A stretch of DNA of 64,000 nt from NCBI GenBank assembly GCA_964016885.1, contig OZ024740.1, positions 230,020,001 to 230,084,000 on the forward strand, read 5' to 3'. The notes beneath the pieces were generated by a model that was not told the DNA's origin, did not search any database, and was given only the letters and a program-made list of their open reading frames with translations. Below, in pieces: positions 11,238 to 23,555 of this stretch (position 1 is its first letter; each line of letters opens with the position of its first letter). The DNA comes from Eledone cirrhosa (Eukaryota). A program made the position numbers and the translations under genes.

Positions 11238-13593
11238 GTGGCCATCTTAAGAGTAGGATGTTTGAATATCCGTGGTCTGAAGTCGTCCTAGAAGTAGGGC
11301 CGTTTGCTGAACGACCTCAGGTCTCTAGATATGGATGTGTCAGCCGTCGGCGAGACCAGGATTTCCAATATGCATGCTCTAGGCCCCATTTTCGACAACT
11401 ATCAGATCTTCGCATCTATTAGTCAGCCAGGAATGGGGGTGGGGTGTCAGTGCTGTTTAGGAAAGGCCTGGATCTCGAGGTAAGGTCGATCTTCCGGGAG
11501 CCGGATGGTAAGTTGGTGGTTCTGGGCGTGAACAATAGCGAAAGTGGCGCCTTTAGACTGGTGGCCTTCTACATGTCGACCGGTTCCGGACGGGCGGACT
11601 TCTTTAGACGCCTGGAATACTTTCTGGGAACGTCTCGCCCTTTACTGTTAGCGGGGGACGGCATCTTTGAAGCACGCTGGGATTGTGTGGGAGTAGCTGA
11701 TAGGAGTGAGGGATACAACCACATAGTGTCATCTAGATCGTATATAGATAGAATTCTCACTAGGACAATAAATAGGAATAGTGTCGGCTGTCCACTTTTT
11801 AAAACGGTCACCTATTCAGATCAGTATGGTCGATCTAGATAAGTCACTCAGGTTAGGAGCTGGTTACTGGAAGCTGAACATGTCGTTTCCGGCATGTAAG
11901 GCTTACAAGGACCGGGTCAACAATTTAGTTAAGCAAAAGTTGACCGGGTGGAGTATCATCAACAACAGGTGGTGGGGGACTCCCAAAAGAGAGATTAGAG
12001 TAATGCCGATAGGGTTTAGCAAAGAAGTAGCGTGAGAGAAAAATAGAAAGGCGGAAGAGCTAGTAGCTAAATTATATGAAGCTATTTGTAGTGGCATTGC
12101 AACTGACGTGCGAGCGGTGAGAATGGCATTAGACCATTTCTTTATTGCGAAATACGAAGGGTACATTGTCAGAGCTAAGGTTCAAGTTCTAAGAAAGGAG
12201 GGAAACGAAAGCTGTTCGATGGGTCCGCGTGGCGAAGGCGCACCATGGCTACAAAACCACGGTGATGGTTTCGAACACATCGGAAATCGGCAAAACATCC
12301 CGAAAATCGGCAAAACTGAACTCGGAAACGATGGTGGGTTTGCAACTCGGTACCTTGAAAGACAAGTCCATGCCATTCAACAGCGTCGTCGGACGTTGAA
12401 AGGACGGACCGGTGAAATGTCTCGGGTTCTAGTTCGGACAGAACCTCCAGGTGGATAAGCTATTGGACGAGGTAACGAGCAGAGTGGCCACCCTCACCCA
12501 GAAATGGGCCAAGAGGAAGCTATCCCTGAGAGGTCGGGTGGACGTGGCGAACGTGTACATCGCATCCGCCTTACCGACGTATATGTACTTCCATCTGACC
12601 GTCGTGCCTTGTCCCCGTTCGTACCCCCACCAAATTGGGACTTCTGCTCTTCTACTTTTTGTGAAGAGCACATGTTCCGTTGGTGAGGCGGTCCATCTGC
12701 TGCCAGCACCATCAACGCGGAGGGCTGGGAATGCTGTGGCTAATGAAGCGCAAAGATGCGCTGAGGCTACGGCATCTCTTGATATTCTGCCTAAACGGTG
12801 AACAGGTGTGGTCGCCGTTTGTCAGACGGGCTTTTCCGCAGCTTGTCTCTTTTACTGAGCTGCAGTCCTGGGTCAAGAAGAGACCGAGACTGGGTGACTG
12901 GCATCTGGAATGTTGCCAAGCACTCACTGCCCTCTACCAGACAGGCAATGCGGTCAGTGGACTTCCACTCTAGAGTTCTATAGAGGATTAGTGGTGGGCA
13001 AGTGCGACGACGCACTAGGATAGGCTCTGGGCGTCGACCAAGTTAAACTGACCAGTCTGTTCCGGAGGACTTTCGAGCTGAGGACTATGGATAACTTCTA
13101 GAAATCCCTCGCTTGGCTGTGCTACCGGCGGGCACTGCCGGTACGAGATAAACTCTACAGGAACGGAAGTGCAGTCAGACGGACCTACCCAAGATGCGCG
13201 TAGAGCGACGAAACCACTCTTCACGCACTCATCCAGTGTCCGTGCATTACTGACTTGTCGAACAGCTGCTGTTGCGTGTAGGATCTAGACCATAGTGAAT
13301 ATCCAGACCATAGTGAATATCACCCCGCCGCCTTCTTTTCACCGGGAAGGGCAGGCAATTTTCCTCCGTCTGGCGGCAGTAGTGAAAGAGGTTGTATGGT
13401 GGGCCAGGTTGAAAGGACTGAAGACAAACACTTTTCTCTTCGGCCAATCCCTCATCAACTTTTTCAAGTTTCACTTGGAAAGGAAGGTGGGGTGGAATGA
13501 GAAGTGCTGCCCGCCAATACATTTGCTAAAGGGTAGGTGAATGTGGGGAGAATGGCCCGTGTGATTGGGCCTACTCTAAGCAAGCGTCTGTAG
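11238..13593 (+). pseudogene. Tx1-type ORF2 remnant (APE endonuclease, partial RT, zinc finger)
   Basis: LRVGCLNIRGL...GETRI, GGVSVLFRK, LLLAGD, SRSYIDRIL, GYWKLN; then LSLRGRVDVAN, GGLG, ALPVRDKL...PRCA*SDETTLHALIQC. Confidence 0.9.
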
Positions 13594-13826
13594 TCTGGTT
13601 AATTTGAGGAGGAGAGAGGTGCTCTCGAAGCGTCGGGTGGATCAGGATTGGTGGGGTACTTGAGTCACCCCTGGTTGGTTATCCTCCCTACTGGGGAATT
13701 TTCATCGTTGTATTTTTCTTCTTTATTGTTATTTTCGATTTTTTTTTCGATTTCATTGTAAACCCCCACTGTACCAGTCTTTGTATTGTCCCCTATATGT
13801 CGGTCCTTGTGGCCAATAAATGAAAC

Positions 13827-13870
<44 letters not shown>

Positions 13871-14410
13871 GGGCGGTAGATTGGCAGTATCGGTAGAGCG
13901 TCGGACACTATGTTTCGTAACACAGAGTTATGGCCCTTTACGTTCTGAGTTCAAATCCACCGAGGTTAGCTTTGCCTTTCAACCTTACGGGGTCGATAAA
14001 ATAAAGTACCAGTAATGCACTGGGGTCGATTTAATCAACTTTCCCCTTCCCTAAAATTGGTGGTCTTGTGCTTATAGTAGAAATCATTATTATTACAGGT
14101 TTGGCAGTATCGGTAGAGGGTCGGACGCCATGCTTTGCAGCAAAGAGTTACGGCCCTTTATGATCTGAGTTCAAATCCCGCCGAGGTTAACTTTGCCTTT
14201 CATCCTTACAAGGTCGATAAAATAAAGTACCAGTAATGCACTGGGATAATTGCTGGCCTTGTGCCAAAAGTAGAAACAATTATTATTACAGGTTATTACG
14301 TAATCCCGCCGAGGTTAACTTTGCCTTTCATCCTTACGGGGTCGATAAAATAAAGTACCAGTAATGCACTGGGTAATTTGCTGGCCTTGTGCCTAACGTA
14401 GAAACAATTA
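13871..14410 (+). mobile_element. Three head-to-tail family A SINE copies
   Basis: ttggcagtatcggtagag head and gagttcaaatcc B-box in the first two copies; ctttgcctttcatccttacggggtcgataaaataaagtaccag-type core in all three; units at about 13871, 14096 and 14301 (third 5'-truncated). Confidence 0.9.
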
Positions 14411-14542
14411 CGTAAATAAATTGGCTTGAAAATTTCAACTCGCCTTTCCTCACACGTAATTTCGGCACAGTTTATCACCCCATTAATGGATCATTTTGAA
14501 CGTTGAAATATCAAACAATTACATACAGCTGTTTTTCAATCT

Positions 14543-14960
14543 GGTGTGTTTGTGTGTACTTCTATGTGTGTGCGTGCTTGTATATGTGTATATGTGTGTT
14601 TGTAGGTGTGTATGTGTGTATGTGTGTATGTGTGTGTGTACATATGTGCGTCCATTTATGTATGTATGTATGTGCGTATATGTGCGTGTATGTTGTTTGT
14701 GCGTATGTGTATCTGTGCATGAGTTCGTGTGTGTATGTATGTATGTGTATGTGTGTGCATGTGTGTTTGTGTCTACATGTGTATCTATATGTGTGTGTGG
14801 CGGTGTATGCGTGTATGCGTGTGTGTGTGTTTGTGTGTGTATATGTGTGTTTGTTTCTGCATATGTATGCATGTATGTTTGTGTGCATATATGTACATGT
14901 GTGTATGTATGTCTGCTTGTGTATGTCTGTATGAGTGTGTGTGTGTGTGTGCGTGTGTGT
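14543..14960. repeat. Degenerate (TG)n/(TATG)n microsatellite
   Basis: Directly visible. Confidence 0.95.
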
Positions 14961-15759
14961 AATACAATACCAATCTTTAGTTTAGTTTCCATCAGTAGTT
15001 GACTGAACAGTCGAAAACGATTTGGTTTGGTTTACTATTTCGTCTTTCTATAAAACTCAGTTTAACTGCTTCTATTGTTAGGAAGCAACATCACTTTTAT
15101 ATTTGTTACGTAATCAAGTGAAACCATTCAATGTAATAAGTTTACAAAAGCACCAGATCTGCATGAAATGTTACATCGTCTTTCCTAGCAGTATCGCATG
15201 TGATGGACGCCGCCTTTATTATTCCTCTTTGGATATTATCATGATCTTTGATAAACGGTCATTCCTTTGTGTAATTCTATATAATTCTGTTCTCTAGAAT
15301 ATAGATTCTTCGAATTTCACAGAATAAATATCGAATGCCAAAATGTCTGACTCATATTTGCTGGCTGATAAAGTGTGTGGCATTGTGCGTAATGTCATAT
15401 GTAGAGTAGAGTGTGTTTATATGTATTCATAGATACATAAAATATATACATATACAAACACACACATATAAACACATGCGTACATAAAGTCACGCATGCA
15501 CATACAAGAGCAGAGGAGGAAACTGGGATAACTCCGATATAAAACCTGCGGCTCAGTAGCTACCGATGATGTTGATCTTTTCTTCTTTTCGGGTTAAAGC
15601 TACTGTCGCTCAGAGAGTGGGATTGGCTCAATGCACAGTCTTTCCTCACTTTAAAAAATATCTTCAGGCACAGGCATTGCACGGTGGAATTAATTAATAA
15701 TTATTAATAATGGTATATCGTGCAATGGTCATACTCGATAACGAGGGGGCAGCAGCCAT

Positions 15760-15807
<48 letters not shown>

Positions 15808-16410
15808 TATATATAATTCAAATTATAAGATATATATGTATGTATATATGTATCTATGTATATATGTTTATTTATTTATTTATTATTATTTTATTTTTTT
15901 CTCCTCGTGCAATGGCCATACTCGATAACGAGGGGGCAGCCATCATGTATATATGTATCTATGTATATATATATATATGCATATATGTATCTATGTATAT
16001 ATATGTATGTATATATGTATCTATGTATATATATGTATATATGCGTATGTATATATGTATGTATATATATACATATATATGTAATATATATGTTTCCATG
16101 TATGCATATATGTATGCATTTATGTATATACATGTATATATATATATATATGTTTGACTGTATGTGTGTGTGTGTGTGTGTGTGTAAGTCTGTGTGTGTA
16201 TTGCATGTATAAACTATGATATACTTACATATGTACGCAGTGAACATACAAAGATATGATCTTGATATACAGATATGATGTTTATATACATAAATACACA
16301 GATATATACTGATTGAATATATATATGGTGGAATTTGAGTCAGCAATGAGGATAACTGTTGCGTGTTAATGAGCTGCAGAACGAGTATTTTTTTATTTAT
16401 TTGCAGTGAT

Positions 16411-16490
16411 AATTCATATGCAGTGATAATATAAATACAAAGAGCTACAAAGGATGTCGTATACATAAAATCACATATATACATACATAA

Positions 16491-16524
<34 letters not shown>

Positions 16525-16688
16525 ATATATATACATACATATATATATATACACACACAAACACACACATACATACATACACATACACACACACAGAGAT
16601 ATAAGGGAAATTCATATGCAGTGATAATATAAATACAAAGAGCTACAAAGGATGTCGTATACATAAAATCACATATATACATACATAA

Positions 16689-16722
<34 letters not shown>

Positions 16723-16870
16723 ATATATATACATACATATATATATATACACACACAAACACACACATACATACATACACATACACACACACAGAGATAT
16801 AAGGGAAATTCATATGCAGTGATAATATAAATACAAAGAGCTACAAAGGAATTCGTATACATAAAATCAT
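16411..16870. repeat. 198-bp tandem repeat, about 2.3 copies
   Basis: aattcatatgcagtgataatataaatacaaagagctacaaagga recurs at 16411, 16609 and 16807. Confidence 0.95.
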
Positions 16871-16906
16871 ATATATACATACATAAACGCACACACACAC
16901 ACACAT

Positions 16907-17037
<131 letters not shown>

Positions 17038-17060
17038 GACACATACACACACACATACAT

Positions 17061-17112
<52 letters not shown>

Positions 17113-17210
17113 CGAAGGAAATGTGGTAAGGAACCAGGTGGACCATAACGCACCAAAGTACTCAATACTTAGGGTAGTAGAGTGGGTAATAGGAACGAGT
17201 AACTTGTTCC

Positions 17211-17241
<31 letters not shown>

Positions 17242-17351
17242 ATAGAGATAGATATATATATATATATATATATGCATATCTGCATACATATATACATACA
17301 TACGTATATATATTTACATATGTATAGATATATAGATATATGCATAAATAT

Positions 17352-17390
<39 letters not shown>

Positions 17391-17412
17391 CATACATACA
17401 TATATATATAAG

Positions 17413-17936
17413 TGGAGGTGCGTGGTCTAGTGTTAAGGGTGTTGGAATTACGATCATAATTTCGTGAGTTCGAATCCTGGGTTGTGTGTTGAGTTCTTGA
17501 GCAAACCATTTCATTTACTGTTGCTCCAGTATACTCAGTTGAAAGTGAGTACCAGCAATAGCTGGGGATTTAACCCTGTGATGGACTGGTGTCCTATCCA
17601 GTGGAGGAGTCTTGTACTCTCAGTCGCATCACGCCATGAAACCGGGATAAGCACTGGCCTAACGCGCCTTTTGGTTTAAGACAGACTTTAACCCTGCGAT
17701 GGACTGGCGTCCTATCCAGGATGGGGGTGGAGTCTTGTACTCTCAGTCGCTTCACGCCATGAAACCGGGATAAGCACTGGCCTAACGCGCCTTTTGATTT
17801 AAGACAGACTTTAACCCTGCGATGGACTGGCGTCCTATCCAGGATGGGGGTGGAGTCTTGTACTCTCAGTCGCTTCACGCCATGAAACTGGAATAAGCAG
17901 CGGCCTAAAATGCCTTCTGGCTTAAGACAGACTTTA
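17413..17936 (+). mobile_element. tRNA/CORE-type SINE with triplicated 3' domain
   Basis: A-box tggtctagtgtt, B-box gttcgaatcc, CORE-like ttcttgagcaaacc; unit tttaaccctg(c/t)gatggactgg... at 17569, 17687 and 17810. Confidence 0.85.
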
Positions 17937-18235
17937 ATCTTCAGTACCTCACCTAATATACGACAGTGAATCCTGTTCATATTAAACATAGAGTTGCGTT
18001 CCTTAGTTCAACATAAGCGACATCAAGTATGTAACTAGTTACGCCACTTAGAAAGGAATTAAGCCACATAAAACGACACGTGTTAAAATTACACAGTAAC
18101 GCATTATTTATTGTTTAAGCAAGCCAACGTTAAAAACAAAATAAAGTATAATACATTTTCTATGAATTGATTGCTTTTCATTGTGTAATGTTAATTAAAA
18201 AAACCTCTCCCTCCCCCCATCCACACATATATATA

Positions 18236-18592
18236 ATTGTTTCTACTTTAGGCACAAGGCCAGCAATTACCCAGTGCATTACTGGTACTTTATTTTATCG
18301 ACCCCGTAAGGATGAAAGGCAAAGTCAACCTCGGCGGGATTTGAACTCAGATCATAAAGGGACGTAACTATGCTGGAAAGCATGGCGTCCGACCCTCTAC
18401 CGATACTGCCAATCCACCGCCATATATATAATGGATTCTTATATAGGCACAAGGCCACCAATTTTGGGGGAGGGGAAAGTCGATTAAATCGACCCAGTGC
18501 GTGACTGGTACTTTATTTTATCGATCCCTTATGGATGAAAGGCAAAATTAACCTCGGCGGGATTTGAACTCAGATCATAAAGGGACGTAACT
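18236..18592 (-). mobile_element. Two tandem family A SINE copies
   Basis: Reverse complement of the 13871-14290 sequence. Confidence 0.9.
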
Positions 18593-18640
18593 CTATATAT
18601 AATGCCGCCACGGTTGGGATTTTACATCTCTCTCTCGCTC

Positions 18641-18724
<84 letters not shown>

Positions 18725-18908
18725 GTCCAGTTAGAGTACTCCGTGTTGTGGATGGTTTTAACGTGTGGCTTAGTTTGACTCAACAAGACGTTTTCATAGT
18801 GATGCAGCGAGTTCGCGGTGATTTCTATGTAGGTTATACTTGGAGTAATAATAATTCAAGAAAGAAGAGTGACATGGTTGGCTGTACAATAAGGGCTTTA
18901 TTCACATT

Positions 18909-19015
18909 GCTGACAATTGTTTCGTTGATCTGGTAGGTCTAGAGTTCGCTAATCGATTGATGTTGCGTCAATCGATCTCCAATACTTTGTTTATAACCAG
19001 TCGCTTCATCAGAGC
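18909..19015 (-). ncRNA. Type I hammerhead ribozyme motif with long stem II
   Basis: Minus strand: gct-CTGATGA-(about 82 nt with hairpin atcgattga/tcaatcgat)-GAAAC-aatt-GTC-agc; palindromic stem III ACAATTGT; AATAAA just downstream. Confidence 0.75.
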
Positions 19016-19221
19016 GTGCCAAAGTGAGGGAGATACTCCAGGCATGGCTTTTATAGAGGAGTGGTATTAAACCAGAACAATAATATCAATAATAAAATAA
19101 CTAGATACTGAATAGTTAAAATAATAACATCAATATAAGTAAGAAATAGAGTATAATGATAAATCTAGCATATTAAACGAACTGATATAATACACACACA
19201 CACACAACACACACACACACT

Positions 19222-19296
<75 letters not shown>

Positions 19297-19325
19297 AGAT
19301 ATATAGATAGATAGATAGAGAGAGA

Positions 19326-19426
<101 letters not shown>

Positions 19427-19879
19427 ACATGTGTGTTTGTATACATAAAGAAGAACAATAACGATAGATTTCAGTCAACAATAATAAAATCCATTTAAAA
19501 TTATTCAGAAAAATTCTCCAGAAAAGAATTGGAGTATATCAAACGGTAAATATTTATAAAAAAATATATACATAGTCGACCTATCGAGCAATCTAACCAC
19601 AAATCTCTTGCGGACGAGAATTGCAGCAGCGGGAATTTGTGGTATATGTAATCATTATAATGATATAAATGTTTACATATGCACCGAGCTATTAGCTCGT
19701 TATAGATTCATATGGAATATTATTTGTTCAAAGATTTCGCCTATCCCATACTGGGAGTTATGTAGCATATTCCCTAATGTTTTACATCTAATTTCTAATC
19801 CCAACTTGGATCGATGTTTCCAGCATAAACCCAGTAAACTGACTGGAACAAGTTAAAGAGTAAAAGCGTATGTATATTC

Positions 19880-20910
19880 TTCTGGTTTTATAATTTTATA
19901 AATTTTTCCCAATAGATAGAGAGTCGGTTTCTAGCATAGATACAAGACTCTCTCATTGGAATTTACACAACATCAACTAGGTAGATATGTATGCATGTCT
20001 ACATGCATGCATATGTGTGCAGGTATGGATGTTATTGTATGTGTGGATGTGGATGTGGATGTTTTGAGTTGTATGTCTGCATGTGCATATGCTTTGTATC
20101 TGTACAAGTGTATATGCAGTTATTACAAAATTTATTAGTTATTACAGAATTATTACAGTTATTACAGAATTTTTGGAATGTTTTACATATTTTTACTATT
20201 CCATTAATGGATTGTACTTGTAATTTCCTAACTAGTTGTGTTCTTTCTGTTTCTGTGAAGCCCAGCTTCTCAAGATTTGTACGGAGGCAGTTACTAACAT
20301 ATCCCAGTGCCCCAATAATCACAAGTATAAATATATAGGTATAATCAGGGTGGAGTATCTGCAGATTTCTCATTAGTTCTGCATAGAAGTTCTTTTTTCG
20401 CTGATCTTTAATATTATATTGGCATCTGTTGGGCAGCTAACTTCTACTGTGCATGCCTTCTTTTCCTTGTCCCATATCATCGTATCTGGTCTGTTATGCC
20501 TGCATTTTATTGGGGATTTTACTGGAACATTCCATCAGTACTTTTTCATATTATGTATGTATATGTCGTCTTCCACATTCCTGTAGCTTTTAATGTGTTT
20601 ATTACCGGGGCTATCTTTTCTACGGATTGCATTGTTTATTGTTTTGGCCACTGTTTGCATTGTTTAGTGTTCATGCCTTATAAGTAGATGGTACCGCGAT
20701 GATATCTTTGGGCAGCTGCCTATGACATAGGTGACATCTTCGATGTTAATTCTGCAGAGTCTGCATATATTGTCACATCTAGGTGTTTTGCCTGCATCCC
20801 TATCTCTTTTGTGAATCAGGTATTTTGTGTTGATTATCTGTTCTTGGATTGCAAAATCATATCCTTCAAAGTCAGAACCAATATAGCGGTTGTTGATCCA
20901 TATCTACTTT
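19880..20910 (-). mobile_element. 5'-truncated R4/Dong-clade non-LTR retrotransposon (restriction-like endonuclease)
   Basis: Minus strand: FAIQEQIINTKY...CRLCRINIEDVTYVIGSCP...RH, HNRPDTMIWDK...VEVSCPTDAN...SEKENFYAEL, VIIGALG; 3' boundary approximate. Confidence 0.88.
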
Positions 20911-21119
20911 GCTAGACTAACAGACAGACTGAGAGCTAGATAAAGATATACATACATGCATTCATACACACACACATACACACACACACAACTATATATA
21001 TATATATGTATTAATATATATATATATATATAAAAAATTTAGATAAGCGGAGCAAGTAAAATTCAAACAATTTCTCAAAATAATTAAAAAATATAATTTA
21101 AATATTTACCTAATCCATT

Positions 21120-21201
21120 TGCTTTTACCGACGGTTTCACCTTACAAAAGATTGGAGATCCTAGGGATCTCCAATGGAAATGTTCGGATCATCAGAGAGC
21201 A
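21120..21201 (-). ncRNA. Type I hammerhead ribozyme motif (left-arm copy)
   Basis: Reverse complement of 21460-21541; tcatcag at 21189-21195. Confidence 0.7.
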
Positions 21202-21459
21202 TTTTCCTTTCCTAGGACAGAAGTCCCAAGAACGGCAAAATATATAGCCACCTGCCAGCTAGCACAGGATCGAATCTGTTGTTTTATTTAGCTGCTATTT
21301 TTAGTGGCGTGATAGACAACACGTCTATGTTTACTTCCTGATTCTGCTAAGGGCTGGTTCATGCATAGGTCAACTTTACGGCCTCATTCGATCCTGTGCT
21401 ATCTGGCAGGTGGCAATATATTTTGCCGTTCTTGGGACTTCTGTCCTAGGAAAAGAAAA

Positions 21460-21541
21460 TGCTCTCTGATGATCCGAACATTTCCATTGGAGATCCCTAG
21501 GATCTCCGATCTTTTGTAAGGTGAAACCGTCGGTAAAAGCA
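21460..21541 (+). ncRNA. Type I hammerhead ribozyme motif
   Basis: tgctct-CTGATGA(21466)-stem II with ggagatcc/ggatctcc hairpin-GAAAC-cgtcg-GTA-aaagca; one mismatch in stem I. Confidence 0.7.
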
Positions 21542-21764
21542 AATATATTAGGTAAATATTTAAATTATATTTTTTAATTTATTTTGAGAAAAATTGTTTG
21601 AATTTTACTTGCTCCGCTTATCTCAATTTTATAGTTCTGGTATGTCAAATTAATACCATAGAACACCACTGTATCATAGACACCCTATATATTTCCAGGG
21701 GTACTTAGTACCTGTGGGGATATTAATCCCCTTTTATATATATATATGTATATGTATATGTGTA

Positions 21765-21816
<52 letters not shown>

Positions 21817-21887
21817 TTAAAACAATGAAATAAAAAATCAAGTCATTAATACAGAATAGACACCACAACTTACAGTGGATACCTCTT

Positions 21888-21953
<66 letters not shown>

Positions 21954-22171
21954 TATGTCATTTATTTTGTCTAACCTGTTTCGCTTGACTTGTTTTTTGG
22001 CTTGGGTGGTTTATAGCTTCTTGACCACCTTCTCCGTTTGTATGGCCTTTATAACCTATGTTTATTGCTCTGGTCTTTTAGCCCATGGAGCGCTTGCCAG
22101 CATGACTCGGAATTTGCGTTCCGTTTCGCTTTTTCTACCCGCCGAAATGCGATTCTCACTGAATTTATATT

Positions 22172-22204
<33 letters not shown>

Positions 22205-22205
<1 letters not shown>

Positions 22206-22505
22206 GTGATCTTCCAACCATCATTGGTATTTCATCGCTTTAAAGACCATATACCTCCGGTTGGTGCGAGCAACGGCTAAAAAAAGTCGTTGGGACACGT
22301 AATTAAAGGGGACACGAGTGTAAACAAACAAAATGGTGAAGCAACAGAAAGTGTGGAAGATCCGTTGCTTCACCATTTTGTTTGTTTACACTCATGTCCC
22401 CTTTAATTACGTGTCCCAACGACTTTTTTTTAGCCGTTGCTCGCACCAACCGGAGGTATATAGTCTTTAAAGCGATGAAATACCAATGATGGTTGGAAGA
22501 TCACT
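22205..22505. repeat. Inverted repeat, about 141-bp arms and 18-bp spacer
   Basis: 22205-22345 versus 22364-22505; flanked by (TA)n; right arm runs into CTGATGA at 22504. Confidence 0.95.
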
Positions 22506-22561
22506 GATGAAGGACTAACTTTATTCATATGTAACCCATTAGCAACCCAGCAGCACGTTTT

Positions 22562-22639
<78 letters not shown>

Positions 22640-22667
22640 ATTTGGAAACTTTGGTCTTAACTGAGGG

Positions 22668-22755
22668 AGTCTCTTGAAAAGCTCAGAGCCTCGTGGATAA
22701 TGCAACGATTAGATATTTCCACAAAGTACGAGCGAAACTATCGATAGTCGGGACT
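22668..22755 (+). ncRNA. Type I hammerhead ribozyme motif, U3-A8 core variant
   Basis: agtctc-TTGAAAA-gctc...gagc-GAAAC-tatcgata-GTC-gggact; stem III ACTATCGATAGT is a 12-nt palindrome. Confidence 0.75.
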
Positions 22756-22799
22756 GGGAGAATTTTTGGTAATGTTTATCTATATTTTTTTCATCAAAC

Positions 22800-23040
22800 T
22801 TACATTTTAGACTTAGCTCCGTTTAATTGATTTTTTGTCTAGTTAATTTCTACGGACTAAGAGGAAAGACTAGGTAAATTTTATCTGACTGCTCCTCATA
22901 AAGGAATATCGATAACATTTATCTGTTATTTCTTCAAAGTTACATTTTAAACTTAGCTCCGTTTAAATGATTATTTATCTAGTTGATTTCTACGGACTAA
23001 GGAAAAAAAAAGAGGATAAATTTTGTCTGACTATTCTTCA
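22800..23040. repeat. Two diverged direct repeats, period about 140 bp
   Basis: ttacatttta(g/a)acttagctccgtttaa...atttctacggactaag at about 22800 and 22940. Confidence 0.85.
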
Positions 23041-23055
23041 AACTTATAATTATCT

Positions 23056-23091
<36 letters not shown>

Positions 23092-23219
23092 AGATTCAGG
23101 GCCCCGACGGCTGAGCTCCACCCATTTCGACAGCTAGATCAGAACCATATCTGAACCTATATATATATATATACATATATGTGTGTATATATATATATAA
23201 TTGAATGACTTATGTTTCG

Positions 23220-23267
<48 letters not shown>

Positions 23268-23297
23268 ATCAAAAGATGGTTAAAGGAGTTCCATGTA

Positions 23298-23364
23298 TTT
23301 TATTATGCGCATTTCAAAAACAAACATCATCATACAATAATATTTGTGTTTTCATCAGATGAAA
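23298..23364 (-). ncRNA. Type I hammerhead ribozyme motif (left arm of palindrome)
   Basis: Reverse complement of 23489-23555 with one stem I mismatch. Confidence 0.75.
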
Positions 23365-23488
23365 CAGGAGGACATGATATGAAGGCTAAAAAACACTTGT
23401 GGATAGTGCAGTTTTAAATCAACATATATGTTGATTTAAAACTGCACTATCCACAAGTGTTTTTTAGCCTTCATATCATGTCCTCCTG

Positions 23489-23555
23489 TTTTATCTGATG
23501 AAAACACAAATATTATTGCATGATGATGTTTGTTTTTGAAATGCGCATAATAAAA
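23489..23555 (+). ncRNA. Type I hammerhead ribozyme motif, intact
   Basis: ttttat-CTGATGA(23495)-stem II aaacacaaatattat/atgatgtttgttttt-GAAAT-gcgc-ATA-ataaaa; palindromic stem III ATGCGCAT; predicted cut after 23549. Confidence 0.85.

Larger units (their letters stand above)
9350..13870 (+). mobile_element. Decayed L1/Tx1-clade non-LTR retrotransposon with RT core deleted
   Basis: ORF1 and ORF2 remnants, 3' UTR, AATAAA at about 13816 and (TTA)n tail at 13828-13870; 5' boundary approximate. Confidence 0.9.
21029..21633. repeat. Inverted repeat, about 247-bp arms and 110-bp spacer (PLE pseudo-LTR-like)
   Basis: 21029-21275 is the reverse complement of 21386-21633 with scattered mismatches; abuts (TA)n. 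Confidence 0.95.

Noticed and set aside
15718-15945. Duplicated 40-bp motif tcgtgcaatgg(t/c)catactcgataacgagggggcagc between TA-rich tracts
   Set aside because: Looks like a local tandem duplication or element stub; no ribozyme core or other hallmark
21965-22110. Minus-strand GAAACagGTT with a distant CTGGCAA as another hammerhead
   Set aside because: The core has two non-compensatory changes and stem I does not pair; probably a related cassette but not callable
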